Shown: piece after piece, positions 1 to 9,688 of the stretch
Layout: the number at the start of each line of letters is the position of its first letter
How positions within the stretch are numbered: the first letter of the stretch is position 1
Assembly: GCA_964519835.1 (NCBI GenBank)
Contig: CAZFLD010000006.1
Coordinates: forward strand, 1 to 64,000
From: an uncultured Spirochaetales bacterium
Lineage (GTDB): Bacteria > Spirochaetota > Spirochaetia > DSM-27196 > CAZFLD01
Length of the DNA stretch: 64,000 bases
Direction: 5' to 3'
The notes under the pieces: model-generated
What the model saw: only the letters and a program-made list of their open reading frames with translations
Databases searched by the model: none
What the model was told of the DNA's origin: nothing
Position numbers and translations under genes: made by a program

Positions 1-73
1 CGACGTGATCGCCGTCGACGACGCAGGCAACGAGTCCACAAACCCAGGCACGGACCCCGTCACAAAGGACACC
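1..73 (+). repeat. Near-identical direct DNA repeat, copy 1. Copy 2 is at 628..700, so the period is 627 bp. Both copies lie inside the adhesin gene.
   Basis: cgacgtgatcgccgtcgacgacgcaggcaacgagtccacaa(a/g)cccaggcacggac(cc/ag)cgtcacaaaggacacc is found at 1-73 and 628-700, with about 3 mismatches over 73 nt. Confidence 0.7.
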
Positions 74-2452
74 GTGGCGCCGACGATTTCAAGTGTTACC
101 GACGGCGCAGGCGACGACATCTATGCCGCCGGTGATTCAATCACAGTCGAAGTGGACGCCGGCGAGGCAGGCCTCACGGTAACGGCCGATTTGAGCGTGT
201 GGGACGGCGACTTCTTATCCTCGGCACCGTTTGACGACGACGGCGGTGGAAACTACAGCTACACAACGCCGGCGCTTGACGCAGGCGGCAACATGAATGA
301 AGGCAATATATCGATCACCGTCACCGCAGCCGACTCCGTGGGCAACAGCGACACCCACTCGACCTACACCGCCCAGCTCGACAAGACGCCTCCGGCGGAT
401 CCGACGAGCGTCTCGGTTACCGACCCGATAAACGTCGCAAATGATTCGGCGGTGAGCGTGCAGGCGACGATAGACTCCGACACCGCCCAGGTACGGATTG
501 AAGCCACCAGTGACGGCGGCGGCGGCACACAGAGCGTCACCCGCGCCGTTACCCCAACCTCGATCAACGAAACAATCGATTTTACCTCGTCACCCTTCTC
601 GGCGGTCAACGACGGAACCGTCACGATCGACGTGATCGCCGTCGACGACGCAGGCAACGAGTCCACAAGCCCAGGCACGGACAGCGTCACAAAGGACACC
701 AGCGCTCCGGTCGTCAGCTCCGTGAGTATTGCCTCAGGCGACTACGGGGTCAACGACGCGGTTCCCGTAACGATCTCAACCAATGACGATGGGACTACCT
801 ATACCCTCGATTCGGGCCAAGTCAACGGCCGATCAGTGACGGGATTCTCGGGAAGCAACGGCAACTACTCGGCGACCTATACCGTCGTTGAGGGAGACAC
901 AGATCGTTCGTCGGTCGGAGCAATCCCGATCAGCATCACCCTCATGGATGGGAGAGGAAACACGATGTCGGCGGCATACACCGACGCTCCCACCTCCGGC
1001 GGCTCCGTCACGATCGACGGCGACACTCCGAGCTTTACATCGGTCACCGACGACGCCGACGGGACGTACAAGGCGGGGGACCTTGTCACCATCACGGCGG
1101 ATCTTGGTGAAGCGGGACTAACCGTGACGGCGGACCTAACGGTGCTCGACACCGATTACTCATCAACACAAAGCCTCACGGACCAAACCGACGGCACCTA
1201 CACCTACACAACCGCTCCAGCCCTCGATGACCAGGGCAACATGCAGGAAGGCCTCGCGATCGCCGTTCCGGTAACCGCTTCCGACGGAGTAAACAGCGCG
1301 GTCGACTCGAGTTTGACATTGCTCTTAGACAAGACCGACCCGACGGTCACCATCACCGGTGACCCAATTTCGATCAATGAGCTCACCCCGGAGATTACTG
1401 GGACCCACAGCGACGACGTGGTGCTCGTGTCGATGCACGTAACCGACCAAGGAAGCGGTGTTCCGTTTAATAAGACGTACACAGACGATCCGGCATCCGG
1501 TACCACATGGGAACTCGAGATATTTGATCCGCTCGAAAACGGGCAGACCTATGACATTGACGTGACCGTCACCGACGCAGCGGACAATACCGGTATGGTA
1601 ACAGGCACTGTGGAGATAACCGGCACCAATCCGTCGGTCATTAGCCGGGCTCCCGGTACCGGGTCGGGAAGGGGCGATGCCGACGACTCAAGGCGGATCG
1701 ACCAACGCGCGGGTAGCCCGACAACGACCGGCGCAAGCACCGCAGCAGAAACGGAAACCGACACAGCACGCCGTATGATCGAGTTTGTTCCGCCGACCGT
1801 GGCGCTCGCGGAACCCGGCGATGAGCAAGTCCGACGTACGACCAATCCAAACAGGTCTCCAAGTCAGTCACTGGCGAGCGCGGAGTCCGCACCGGAGGTT
1901 GAAGCGGCTGCCACGGCGGTGAATAGACGGCTACCCTTCGCAGACGCCGCAGACGCCACGGGCCCCCCAAGCTCGGCAGACACCGCCTCGACCGGTGGTT
2001 CAACCACGGCAGCCGGTGCGGTTGTCGCGCAGCAGTCGACGGGAGTCGATGACTCGGCTATAGACAACGACGGAGGCACCGGCGGAGGCGGATCAACCGA
2101 CCTCACCGCAGCCACGGAGGCCCCCACAGCCACCGGAGCACGATCTGCAGAGTCCGCCCTAGGGCGAGAGACGACTCTCGACACGACGTCCGTCGGTGCG
2201 AGCCGGGACAACGGTCCCTCGACGCGCCAGGAAATAGCCGTCGGATCATCCTCGCCGACCGCTCCAGCCGCCGAGCGGTTACACGGTCCGGAACCGTCGG
2301 CCGAGAGATACGGGACGCAAATCGAAGCCGGCCGCACTTGGGCTCTGGTCATCGCTGCGCTGGCTGCGGCAGCGCTTGCTACTGCGACCGTGCTTGGAAG
2401 CGGATCGCCCCTCCGGAGGTTGTCGCGGAAGGGTCGAGACAAGAGTCAATGA
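5..2452 (+). CDS. Large cell-surface protein, 5'-truncated at the window edge. It has repeated Ig-like/adhesin modules, a Ser/Thr/Ala/Gly-rich stalk and a C-terminal hydrophobic helix followed by a basic tail (membrane anchor or sorting-signal-like).
   Basis: 815-aa open frame running from the window start. Internal ~209-aa repeats (VIAVDDAGNESTxPGTDxVTKDT appears twice). The C-terminus reads ...TWALVIAALAAAALATATVLGSGSPLRRLSRKGRDKSQ. The stop overlaps the start of the next gene (ATGA). Confidence 0.6.
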   Translation: MIAVDDAGNESTNPGTDPVTKDTVAPTISSVTDGAGDDIYAAGDSITVEVDAGEAGLTVTADLSVWDGDFLSSAPFDDDGGGNYSYTTPALDAGGNMNEGNISITVTAADSVGNSDTHSTYTAQLDKTPPADPTSVSVTDPINVANDSAVSVQATIDSDTAQVRIEATSDGGGGTQSVTRAVTPTSINETIDFTSSPFSAVNDGTVTIDVIAVDDAGNESTSPGTDSVTKDTSAPVVSSVSIASGDYGVNDAVPVTISTNDDGTTYTLDSGQVNGRSVTGFSGSNGNYSATYTVVEGDTDRSSVGAIPISITLMDGRGNTMSAAYTDAPTSGGSVTIDGDTPSFTSVTDDADGTYKAGDLVTITADLGEAGLTVTADLTVLDTDYSSTQSLTDQTDGTYTYTTAPALDDQGNMQEGLAIAVPVTASDGVNSAVDSSLTLLLDKTDPTVTITGDPISINELTPEITGTHSDDVVLVSMHVTDQGSGVPFNKTYTDDPASGTTWELEIFDPLENGQTYDIDVTVTDAADNTGMVTGTVEITGTNPSVISRAPGTGSGRGDADDSRRIDQRAGSPTTTGASTAAETETDTARRMIEFVPPTVALAEPGDEQVRRTTNPNRSPSQSLASAESAPEVEAAATAVNRRLPFADAADATGPPSSADTASTGGSTTAAGAVVAQQSTGVDDSAIDNDGGTGGGGSTDLTAATEAPTATGARSAESALGRETTLDTTSVGASRDNGPSTRQEIAVGSSSPTAPAAERLHGPEPSAERYGTQIEAGRTWALVIAALAAAALATATVLGSGSPLRRLSRKGRDKSQ

Positions 2453-5400
2453 AGCGTAGAACCCGCAAATCGATAGGTCTCCTGGTTCCTGTGGGCTTCG
2501 TGGTCGCCGTTCTCCTTACGGCCGCCGTTGCCTGCAAACCTCCGGAACAGGAACGCAACACACAATTGAACCTGCAATCCGAAGTGCGGCCGGACCCAAC
2601 GCCTGAAGCGGGTCCATCGGCCGAATTGGATTCCTCGGCGGCAACGGACCCCGGCGACCTACCGCAGACGACTGATGCAGGCGACGCAAACGACGACGTT
2701 GTTCCGCCTGCCGACGCGCACGCGGTCGAATCCGACGGTGGCGAGGAGACACAACAGGAACGCACGTCCGCCGATGAAGGAGATGCCGCGGCAGCCGGGG
2801 CCGAAGCGTCCGAGGACCCGCAGGACGCAGACGCGAGTGGCCAACCCGCCGCAGGAATAGAGGCTCCCGATCGTATCGCCGCCATAGAAAGCGAAGGCGG
2901 GCAAGAGTCGGAAGAGACCAGCCAAGCCGGTGCAGGGACACGCACAGACGAATCGGACGACACGGGCGAGATTGCCGCTTGGGACTACCGCGACGCCTTA
3001 GGCGCGGTGCCAGGCCGTTCCGATGCAGTGTTTGGAGGAGACTCCGGCCGGCAGGCGACAACAATACCCGCCGACGAAATCGACGATATAGACGTCGACG
3101 GTATTGTCGCCCGCGCCGACCACTCCAGACGCACGGATGAGCTCCCCGGTTCACACAACCGTAATCCCGGCTCTGAATCGACCGCGACGCGAACCGGTGA
3201 CGGCGAAGCGGACCCGGGAGGCCGTAGCCGACAACCGGCGAGGGATAACATTGATCCCGCGGAGCGCGAGGAGACGATAGCCGAGCGCGCGGCAGAAATC
3301 CTGACCAATATCGTCGTTGAGCGGCTCCCTCCCGACGTTGAGATAAGAAGGCCCGACCATGGCGCGGCGCCCGGCGTGTACAACCGATTTGGGCCTGTCG
3401 AGGCCGTCTCGGACCCCGGCACCGGAAGGATCACGGACCGGGATTTCTCCCGGCCGGAGCAAACCATCGGTGATCTCGAGGCTATCGACGACCAACCCGA
3501 ACCCGCAGGCAGTGACCGGCCCGGCTTGACGGCAACGTCCGACGAGCACGAGGCCGACGAGACAGTCGGGCAAGCAATGGCTGAGGGCGGCCCAGCACCG
3601 GACGGCGATGACGGGGCCGGTCAGGTGACCGCGACGCCCGCCAACGAGACGAGCGGTGACGACGGGGTCCGCGCGGCCGATGAAAATGCGGCCGCGGACG
3701 TTGTCGAACCGCGGGACGACGCGCCAACCAATGTAGCTTCGTCTCAGGCGGACGCCAACAACACAACCCCAGACGCCGGCGATTCCGCCGGCACCACCGC
3801 GCCGCCGGTAACCGCCGACGCGACCGACGCGAGCCGGGACGGTCAGGCTCGCGACAATCAGACGGATGCGGCCGGCACGTCCGACGCCAACAACACCGCC
3901 GACGCAGCCGACGCACCCAACGGTGAGGTAGACAGGGTCGCCGACGGTCCCGACGCAGCCGCGGATGCCGACGCACCCGCCGAGGTGCGCCGTGACCCGG
4001 ATATCATCGCGGCAGCGCCGGACGAAAGCACGATGCCGGACGATGACGGGGCCGCAGCGGATCGTGAAGGCGGTTTTATCGGCGACGCGGACGACGTCGC
4101 CGCCCGCGACCCGAACCGGACAGCCGAAACGCCGAATACTGAGGCACACGGAGGCAACGGGACCGGCACCGCAACGGCCTCCCCCGAGACGGACACGCCC
4201 CCCCCTGACACGGACACGGACACCGCCGAGACGACCGACACCGTCGTACGGACGCCGGCGGACGACGCAGCCGACACCGCCGACACCGCCGGCGCCGGCG
4301 ACGATGACGCCAACGATGAGCCCGTGCGTGTGCGCGACGACGCACCCGGTGCGGACGCACCCGCTGCCGACGCAGTCGCTGCCGACGGTGCCCACGCTCC
4401 CAACGACGACTTGGCAGCGCCGCCGCGCGACAACCAGGCCGGTGCCGATCCGGATCCCGACACGGACCGAGATCCCGGCGACCCGGACGACGGCAGGCGA
4501 CCAATCCAACGACCCGATTACCCGCTCGTTGAAATCACCGAGCTCGGCAACAACGGTTTCTACAACAACTCGATTCGGGTAACCGGCCGCGTGGACAACG
4601 GGCGCCAGGGTCTCGGGGACCTCGAAATCCTTACGTGGAGGATTCCGAGCATCGCCGGCGCCGCCGGGGATGTCATCTTTAGTTACCTCGACGGTGTCTT
4701 TGACCTTCGAATACCCACGGCGGGACTGCAAGGGCCCCAAGAGCTCGTCTTGAGCGTGGAGAGGCGTGACGGCGAAGCCGGAGAAGCCCGCATGCGGATC
4801 CACGACGGCACGGTAGCGCCGGTTGTTAGGCTCGAATCACCAACGGATCAGTCCGACTACGGCGGACGAATCTTTCTCGAGGGTGTGGTGCGCGATCCGG
4901 CACCGGACCATGGCCAAGAGCGTGGAATCGCGGAGCTGCGATACTCGCTTGATCCGCTCGAACTCTCCAAATCCATTGAGACTCTCGAGGGTAATCTCGA
5001 GATTGACGAGAACGGATACTTCAAAACGATCGTCGACATGCGGGAGCTTGCAGGCGACTACGAGCTGTCAATCGAGGCGGCCGCGGTCAGCGGCGCTCGG
5101 GCCGTGCGGACCTTCCGCCTAAACGAGGGCGCGAGTGAGATACCCTCGTTTATGGCTCAAACCGTAGACGGCGGGGCAGCATTGTACTGGGATCCCGTGC
5201 CGTTGGCGGAATCCTACTCCGTGTACGTTGAAAACGACGGCGGCGACCGGGAGCTCATTCCCGACGTAGAGCATCCCTTTGACCTAAACGGCCTCGCCAA
5301 CGGTCGACGCTACGCGGTTTCTCTCGAGGCCCGGCTCAGCGGAAACGAGGCGCATCGGTCCTCGGTCCGGGAAATCGTGCCGGTCTCGCCGCTGACCTTG

Positions 5401-7575
5401 GCGCCGACCGTGACGGGCGGTTACAACAACATTGCGCTCGAATGGAACGAAATCCCGGGCACAAACGAGTTTGTAATCCTGCGATCGGACTCACCTGACG
5501 GGCCGTTTTTTGCGTTGGAAAGGGTGACGAACACAACGGAGTATGTGGATTCAACGGCCCTCTTTGGGCGCCGCTACTACTACCGCATTGCGCCGGCAAC
5601 CCACGGCTCGACTGCCGGCGAAGTCCGATCTGCAATGCGCACCGAGTTCCCGGAAGAGCGCGCGGTTGTTAGTACGGCTCGAGCTCCGGCGGGCGCACGT
5701 AGTATTGCTCTTCTTGGAAACTACGCCGTTATAGCCGGTGCGGACGGGCTTTTGGTGTTCGACGTCTTTGATCCGGCGATGCCCGAACAGGTCGGTTCCG
5801 CGCAACTCAACGACGGACGGAGTGTGGCGGTCCTCGATACAACGGTCTACGTTGCGGACGGCCTCGGCGGACTCAAGGTGTACTCGCTTGCCAATCCAAC
5901 GGAGCCGGACCTCATTCAGACAATTGATGCGGCGGCGGCATCGGTGGTGCAGGTGTTTGCCACGACCAACGGCGAGGACTACCTCGTTTTGGGAGACAAA
6001 GTAGACGGGCTGGCGACCTACACCCTTGCCGATCCCACGCGGCCCGGCCTGGTCGGCAGAACCAACGCCTTTCCGGTAGCGTCTGTAGAGCACACCGCCC
6101 CCGGCGGCCGCGACCATATTGTTGCAACCGGAAGCGACGGGACCGCGGTTTATTCAGTCGTCGCCGGGAGCCTGCAAGAAACAAACCGGCTCGACGAGGT
6201 CGTCGGCGTGCACCTCACGGCCAACGCGTACACGGCCGGCACCCTGTACCTTAGCCACAACCGCGGCGTAACCGAGCTCGAGATCTCCAGTCGAGGTATG
6301 TTGGTCGAAAGAAGCACTATCCCACTCCCGGGTGCGACGGCGTCCGCCGTGCACCGCCTCAGTGACGGAAGACGCTTTTTATTTGCCGGTACCGAGGCCG
6401 GCTCGCTGGTAACCTACGAGCTTCTCAGGGATGGTGAGGCACGCGAGTTTGGTGCCTTTGTACTGGACAGTGTGTCCTCGCTCGAGCTCAGAGCGATAAG
6501 ACCCGCCGGAGCGGCAACGGCGGGGACAGGCTCAGCAGGACGCCCGGTAGTATACGCCGCCGGCGCCGGAGGCCTCTCCATAGCGGATGTACACCTCGTG
6601 GGCCGGTCCTTTGAGCTGTCGTCGGAGCGAACAAACGGACGGCCACAAAATGTTGAGGCCGCCGCCGGGTACTCAGGTGCACGGTACGTGTACGTTGCCG
6701 ATCCGGCGGGCGGGCTCTACTCCATGGCCCTGAGCATCGACGGTCGAATCGGTGTGGCGGCCCCGACCACGATAACGGATACTCCTGCCGTGGACGTCGA
6801 GCTCGTTCCCCTCCCCGACGGAGGAATCGGGGCGTTGACGGCTGCGGGTGACAAAGGCCTTTATCTTGTCCCGCTCGATATCGACCGGGGAACGGCTCTC
6901 GCGGCGGGATGGTCACGGGACATCGGGACCGCGGTAACCGGGGTAGCAGGCATCTACGAGCGTGCGGCCGCTCTAACCTACGTGTTTTTCGACGATGCGG
7001 CCAACCTACGCACCGCCGTTTTGCGCGACGGTGAGCTCAGGTCGATCGGACGCATGCGTCTCGAGGATCCACGGGACGCGGTTGTTGTGGGTCGCAACGC
7101 CCTTGTAGCCGACGGTTTCGGCGGCCTCGCGGTTGTGGACATCGCCGATCCTGGAGCGCCGAGACTCTTGGGACGATTCCGGAACGTCAACGCACGTCGG
7201 ATCGAGGTCGTCGCGCGGAGGGACGGATCTACTATTGTGGCGGTTGCCGATCTCTCTCGAGTAGCTCTGTTCGAGGTGTCCGCAGGTGGAACAGCTCGGC
7301 TTGTGTCGTCGGTGGCGACGGAGTTTGTGGAAGCGATCGGCGTGGTCGGCACCTACCTGTACGTAGCTCAGGGCATTCTGGGAATGGGCGTAATCGACCT
7401 CAGCGACATCAGCCGGCCGATTCGAGTGAGCGAAGCCGAGATAGGCTATATCACGGACATTGCAGGCTTTGACGACGTTGCCGTGCTCGTAGACGGCGCA
7501 CAAATCCGATCCGTTCGGGTGCTGATACCCGAGTGGCTTGCACGCCGCGAAGACATCGACGGCACCGGCAATTAG
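2449..7575 (+). CDS. Giant surface protein, likely a lipoprotein. Signal peptide, then a ~650-aa Asp/Ala/Thr/Pro-rich acidic disordered region, then two fibronectin type III-like domains, then a long array of LVIVD-type beta-propeller repeats.
   Basis: The ORF track gives 2338..7575. I chose the in-frame ATG at 2449 (MKRRTRKSIGLLVPVGFVVAVLLTAAVAC..., a signal plus a Cys that could be a lipobox). The FN3-like part includes ...YWDPVPLAESYSVYVENDGG...RRYAVSLEA.... The repeat region contains AGADGLLVFDV, YVADGLGGLKVYSL, LVADGFGGLAVVDI, which are LVIVD-like. Confidence 0.6.
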   Translation: MKRRTRKSIGLLVPVGFVVAVLLTAAVACKPPEQERNTQLNLQSEVRPDPTPEAGPSAELDSSAATDPGDLPQTTDAGDANDDVVPPADAHAVESDGGEETQQERTSADEGDAAAAGAEASEDPQDADASGQPAAGIEAPDRIAAIESEGGQESEETSQAGAGTRTDESDDTGEIAAWDYRDALGAVPGRSDAVFGGDSGRQATTIPADEIDDIDVDGIVARADHSRRTDELPGSHNRNPGSESTATRTGDGEADPGGRSRQPARDNIDPAEREETIAERAAEILTNIVVERLPPDVEIRRPDHGAAPGVYNRFGPVEAVSDPGTGRITDRDFSRPEQTIGDLEAIDDQPEPAGSDRPGLTATSDEHEADETVGQAMAEGGPAPDGDDGAGQVTATPANETSGDDGVRAADENAAADVVEPRDDAPTNVASSQADANNTTPDAGDSAGTTAPPVTADATDASRDGQARDNQTDAAGTSDANNTADAADAPNGEVDRVADGPDAAADADAPAEVRRDPDIIAAAPDESTMPDDDGAAADREGGFIGDADDVAARDPNRTAETPNTEAHGGNGTGTATASPETDTPPPDTDTDTAETTDTVVRTPADDAADTADTAGAGDDDANDEPVRVRDDAPGADAPAADAVAADGAHAPNDDLAAPPRDNQAGADPDPDTDRDPGDPDDGRRPIQRPDYPLVEITELGNNGFYNNSIRVTGRVDNGRQGLGDLEILTWRIPSIAGAAGDVIFSYLDGVFDLRIPTAGLQGPQELVLSVERRDGEAGEARMRIHDGTVAPVVRLESPTDQSDYGGRIFLEGVVRDPAPDHGQERGIAELRYSLDPLELSKSIETLEGNLEIDENGYFKTIVDMRELAGDYELSIEAAAVSGARAVRTFRLNEGASEIPSFMAQTVDGGAALYWDPVPLAESYSVYVENDGGDRELIPDVEHPFDLNGLANGRRYAVSLEARLSGNEAHRSSVREIVPVSPLTLAPTVTGGYNNIALEWNEIPGTNEFVILRSDSPDGPFFALERVTNTTEYVDSTALFGRRYYYRIAPATHGSTAGEVRSAMRTEFPEERAVVSTARAPAGARSIALLGNYAVIAGADGLLVFDVFDPAMPEQVGSAQLNDGRSVAVLDTTVYVADGLGGLKVYSLANPTEPDLIQTIDAAAASVVQVFATTNGEDYLVLGDKVDGLATYTLADPTRPGLVGRTNAFPVASVEHTAPGGRDHIVATGSDGTAVYSVVAGSLQETNRLDEVVGVHLTANAYTAGTLYLSHNRGVTELEISSRGMLVERSTIPLPGATASAVHRLSDGRRFLFAGTEAGSLVTYELLRDGEAREFGAFVLDSVSSLELRAIRPAGAATAGTGSAGRPVVYAAGAGGLSIADVHLVGRSFELSSERTNGRPQNVEAAAGYSGARYVYVADPAGGLYSMALSIDGRIGVAAPTTITDTPAVDVELVPLPDGGIGALTAAGDKGLYLVPLDIDRGTALAAGWSRDIGTAVTGVAGIYERAAALTYVFFDDAANLRTAVLRDGELRSIGRMRLEDPRDAVVVGRNALVADGFGGLAVVDIADPGAPRLLGRFRNVNARRIEVVARRDGSTIVAVADLSRVALFEVSAGGTARLVSSVATEFVEAIGVVGTYLYVAQGILGMGVIDLSDISRPIRVSEAEIGYITDIAGFDDVAVLVDGAQIRSVRVLIPEWLARREDIDGTGN

Positions 7576-8558
7576 GGATAGTGAGTAATGATGTGCTCAC
7601 GGAGGTCGAGTCGGATGTTGAGCCATCGGATAATGTCGGCGTACACCGCAGCCCTGTTTGTCTCGTGTAAGAGCTCGTGCCGCGCCTCGGGGTAGATTCG
7701 AACATTGAGATCGGTCAAACCCCGCTTCTGATACGCTTTTACCACCTTCATCACACCACGGCCGAAACTGCCGACGGGATCTCGCGAACCGGAGAAAAAA
7801 ATCATCGACAGTTCCCGCGACGTCGAGTCAAAACAGGACTTATCGTTCGCAGCAAATACCGCTTGTACCACGGCCTCGAATAGTTGAAGGCTCGGCGTGA
7901 ATCCACAGAGAGGGTCCTCACTGTAGCGCCGTACCACCGTTTGATCCCGCGAAATCCAGTCAAACGGTCCCGCAGCGTCTCGTACGGAACGGGCGTACCC
8001 TCCAATGGTGGTATCAAAGACCTTGGTTGCGGGCGATAGTGCGCCGTCTCGCTTAATCGCGCGATGTATGATCTTTCTACCAACAAATCCTAAAGGACCT
8101 GGGTGAAAAGCAGTGCCGGTAAACACGGCACCGTGCAAGTGCCCGCCCCACTCGCCGGACGCCACTATTCGCCCGAGGAGCGACCCAAAGCCGTGGCCGA
8201 GGAGGTATAGCGGAAGGTCCGACTCGAGCTCGCGGGCCCTTGACAGCGCGGCCTCTACGGTAGCCAAAAAAAGGGGGAGCGCAGATGTATCATGGTTCGC
8301 CTGTGGAATAGTGGCCGGGGGACTCGAACAGGACTCCCCGTGGCCGGGCAGGTCGAAAGTGAGCACCAAGTGTCCCGACTCCACAAACACCGCGGCGGGC
8401 TCTTCGTACCGCCTTTGGTGTTCAAGGGTTCCGTGCACCACCACTACCACGCTTCGGTACATCCCGCGAACGGGCGGACGGTACAACGTGCCACGAATAC
8501 AAACCGGAGTCTCCGAGCCCGGCGGCACAAGCTCTATAGCAATCTGTTCAACAGTCAT
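7572..8558 (-). CDS. Alpha/beta hydrolase of the lysophospholipase/monoacylglycerol-lipase-like (hydrolase_4) family. The nucleophile elbow is atypical (GHGFG).
   Basis: VVVVHGTLEHQRRYEE...LVLTFDLPGHGES is typical of this fold. I checked residues 121-126 on the DNA and they read GHGFGS, where GHSxG is expected. Confidence 0.55.
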   Translation of the reverse strand: MTVEQIAIELVPPGSETPVCIRGTLYRPPVRGMYRSVVVVVHGTLEHQRRYEEPAAVFVESGHLVLTFDLPGHGESCSSPPATIPQANHDTSALPLFLATVEAALSRARELESDLPLYLLGHGFGSLLGRIVASGEWGGHLHGAVFTGTAFHPGPLGFVGRKIIHRAIKRDGALSPATKVFDTTIGGYARSVRDAAGPFDWISRDQTVVRRYSEDPLCGFTPSLQLFEAVVQAVFAANDKSCFDSTSRELSMIFFSGSRDPVGSFGRGVMKVVKAYQKRGLTDLNVRIYPEARHELLHETNRAAVYADIIRWLNIRLDLREHIITHYP

Positions 8559-8618
8559 CTAAAGATCGTTCCTCGTAGATCATTGCTTAGCAACACGTCC
8601 TATAGTAACGTACGAGCC

Positions 8619-9659
8619 ATGATATTTCCCAGCTTGAGTTCCATCTACATGCTCCGTGACAGCGAGTCCCGATCGATATCCGCCGAGAATCCCGACGGCC
8701 GCCGTGGCGGCGGAGCGCGGGAAGACCCACGGGGAGAAGGCCCGGCGTCGAACCTGGGAAGGGGCTGGAAGGTCCGCCCATGTATCACTCTTGGTGCCGG
8801 CGAAACGGTCACACTCGCCGACATAGACGGCCCCGGGGTCGTGCAACACATCTGGCTTACCGTAGACATCGAGGCCTACCGGAACACCGTGCTCAGGATG
8901 TATTGGGACAAGGAGGCGGCGCCCTCCGTCGAGGTACCCCTGGGCGATTTCTTTGCCAACGGTCACCGCATACGGCACTTGGTAAACTCACTGCCGATAG
9001 CGGTCAATCCGAGCGGAGGTTTCAATTCGTACTGGCCGATGCCGTTTCGGAGGCACTGTAAGATCACAATCGAGAATGAGCACACACAGGATATCAACGG
9101 TTTTTACTATCAGGTCGACTACGCACTGGAAACGGTGCCGGATGACGCCGTGTATTTTCACGCACAATGGCGACGCTCGACCACCCAGCGGGAGCATCCG
9201 GAGCACGTCATTCTGGACAGCGTGGCCGGCCGGGGCCAGTATGTAGGAACATACCTGGCTTGGACCCAGCTTTCGGACGGCTGGTGGGGCGAGGGGGAGA
9301 TCAAGTTCTTTCTCGACGGGGATACCACCGGTCCGACAATCTGCGGAACCGGCACGGAGGACTACTTCGGCGGCGCATGGTGTTTTGGTGACACGTATTC
9401 CACACCCTACCTCGGCTACCCACTCCACAAAAAAGACGAGGGCACGGTGCCAAAACACTCGCTGTATCGCTGGCACATCCAGGATCCAATTCGATTTCGC
9501 GAGGATCTTCGAGTCACGATCCAGGCGCTCGGCTGGTGGCCAAACAGCAAGTTCCAGCCCCTTGCGGACGACATAGCGTCGGTGGCCTACTGGTATCAGT
9601 CCGAGCCCCACGGAGAGTTCCCGGAACTACCATCCGTTACGGACCGGTTTCCTCGCTAA
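8619..9659 (+). CDS. DUF2961 / glycoside hydrolase family 172-like protein.
   Basis: The ORF track starts at 8292, which would overlap the divergent hydrolase gene. I chose the internal ATG at 8619 (MIFPSLSS...). The length (~346 aa) and conserved blocks (WLTVD...GEGEIKFFLDGD...CGTGTEDYFGGAW...) fit the DUF2961 fold. Confidence 0.55.
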   Translation: MIFPSLSSIYMLRDSESRSISAENPDGRRGGGAREDPRGEGPASNLGRGWKVRPCITLGAGETVTLADIDGPGVVQHIWLTVDIEAYRNTVLRMYWDKEAAPSVEVPLGDFFANGHRIRHLVNSLPIAVNPSGGFNSYWPMPFRRHCKITIENEHTQDINGFYYQVDYALETVPDDAVYFHAQWRRSTTQREHPEHVILDSVAGRGQYVGTYLAWTQLSDGWWGEGEIKFFLDGDTTGPTICGTGTEDYFGGAWCFGDTYSTPYLGYPLHKKDEGTVPKHSLYRWHIQDPIRFREDLRVTIQALGWWPNSKFQPLADDIASVAYWYQSEPHGEFPELPSVTDRFPR

Positions 9660-9688
9660 TGCATCACTACGGTTAAGGAAGGAAGGTT

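Noticed and set aside
2290-2452. Possible PEP-CTERM sorting signal in the first surface protein (HGPEPS).
   Set aside because: The PEP motif is about 17 residues upstream of the hydrophobic helix rather than adjacent. This cannot be called PEP-CTERM without a model search, so only a generic anchor is reported.
3151-4803. 550-aa minus-strand ORF (and several 100-210-aa ORFs on both strands between 2379 and 4582) antisense to the giant surface-protein gene.
   Set aside because: They lie within the GC-rich, low-complexity D/A/T/P-coding stretch. Their products are Arg/Gly/Val-rich with no signals. Long antisense frames are expected by chance here.
8292-8618. Upstream extension of the GH172-like ORF, and the 149-aa + ORF at 8113-8562.
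   Set aside because: Both overlap the divergent alpha/beta hydrolase coding region. An internal ATG at 8619 gives a protein of family-typical length.
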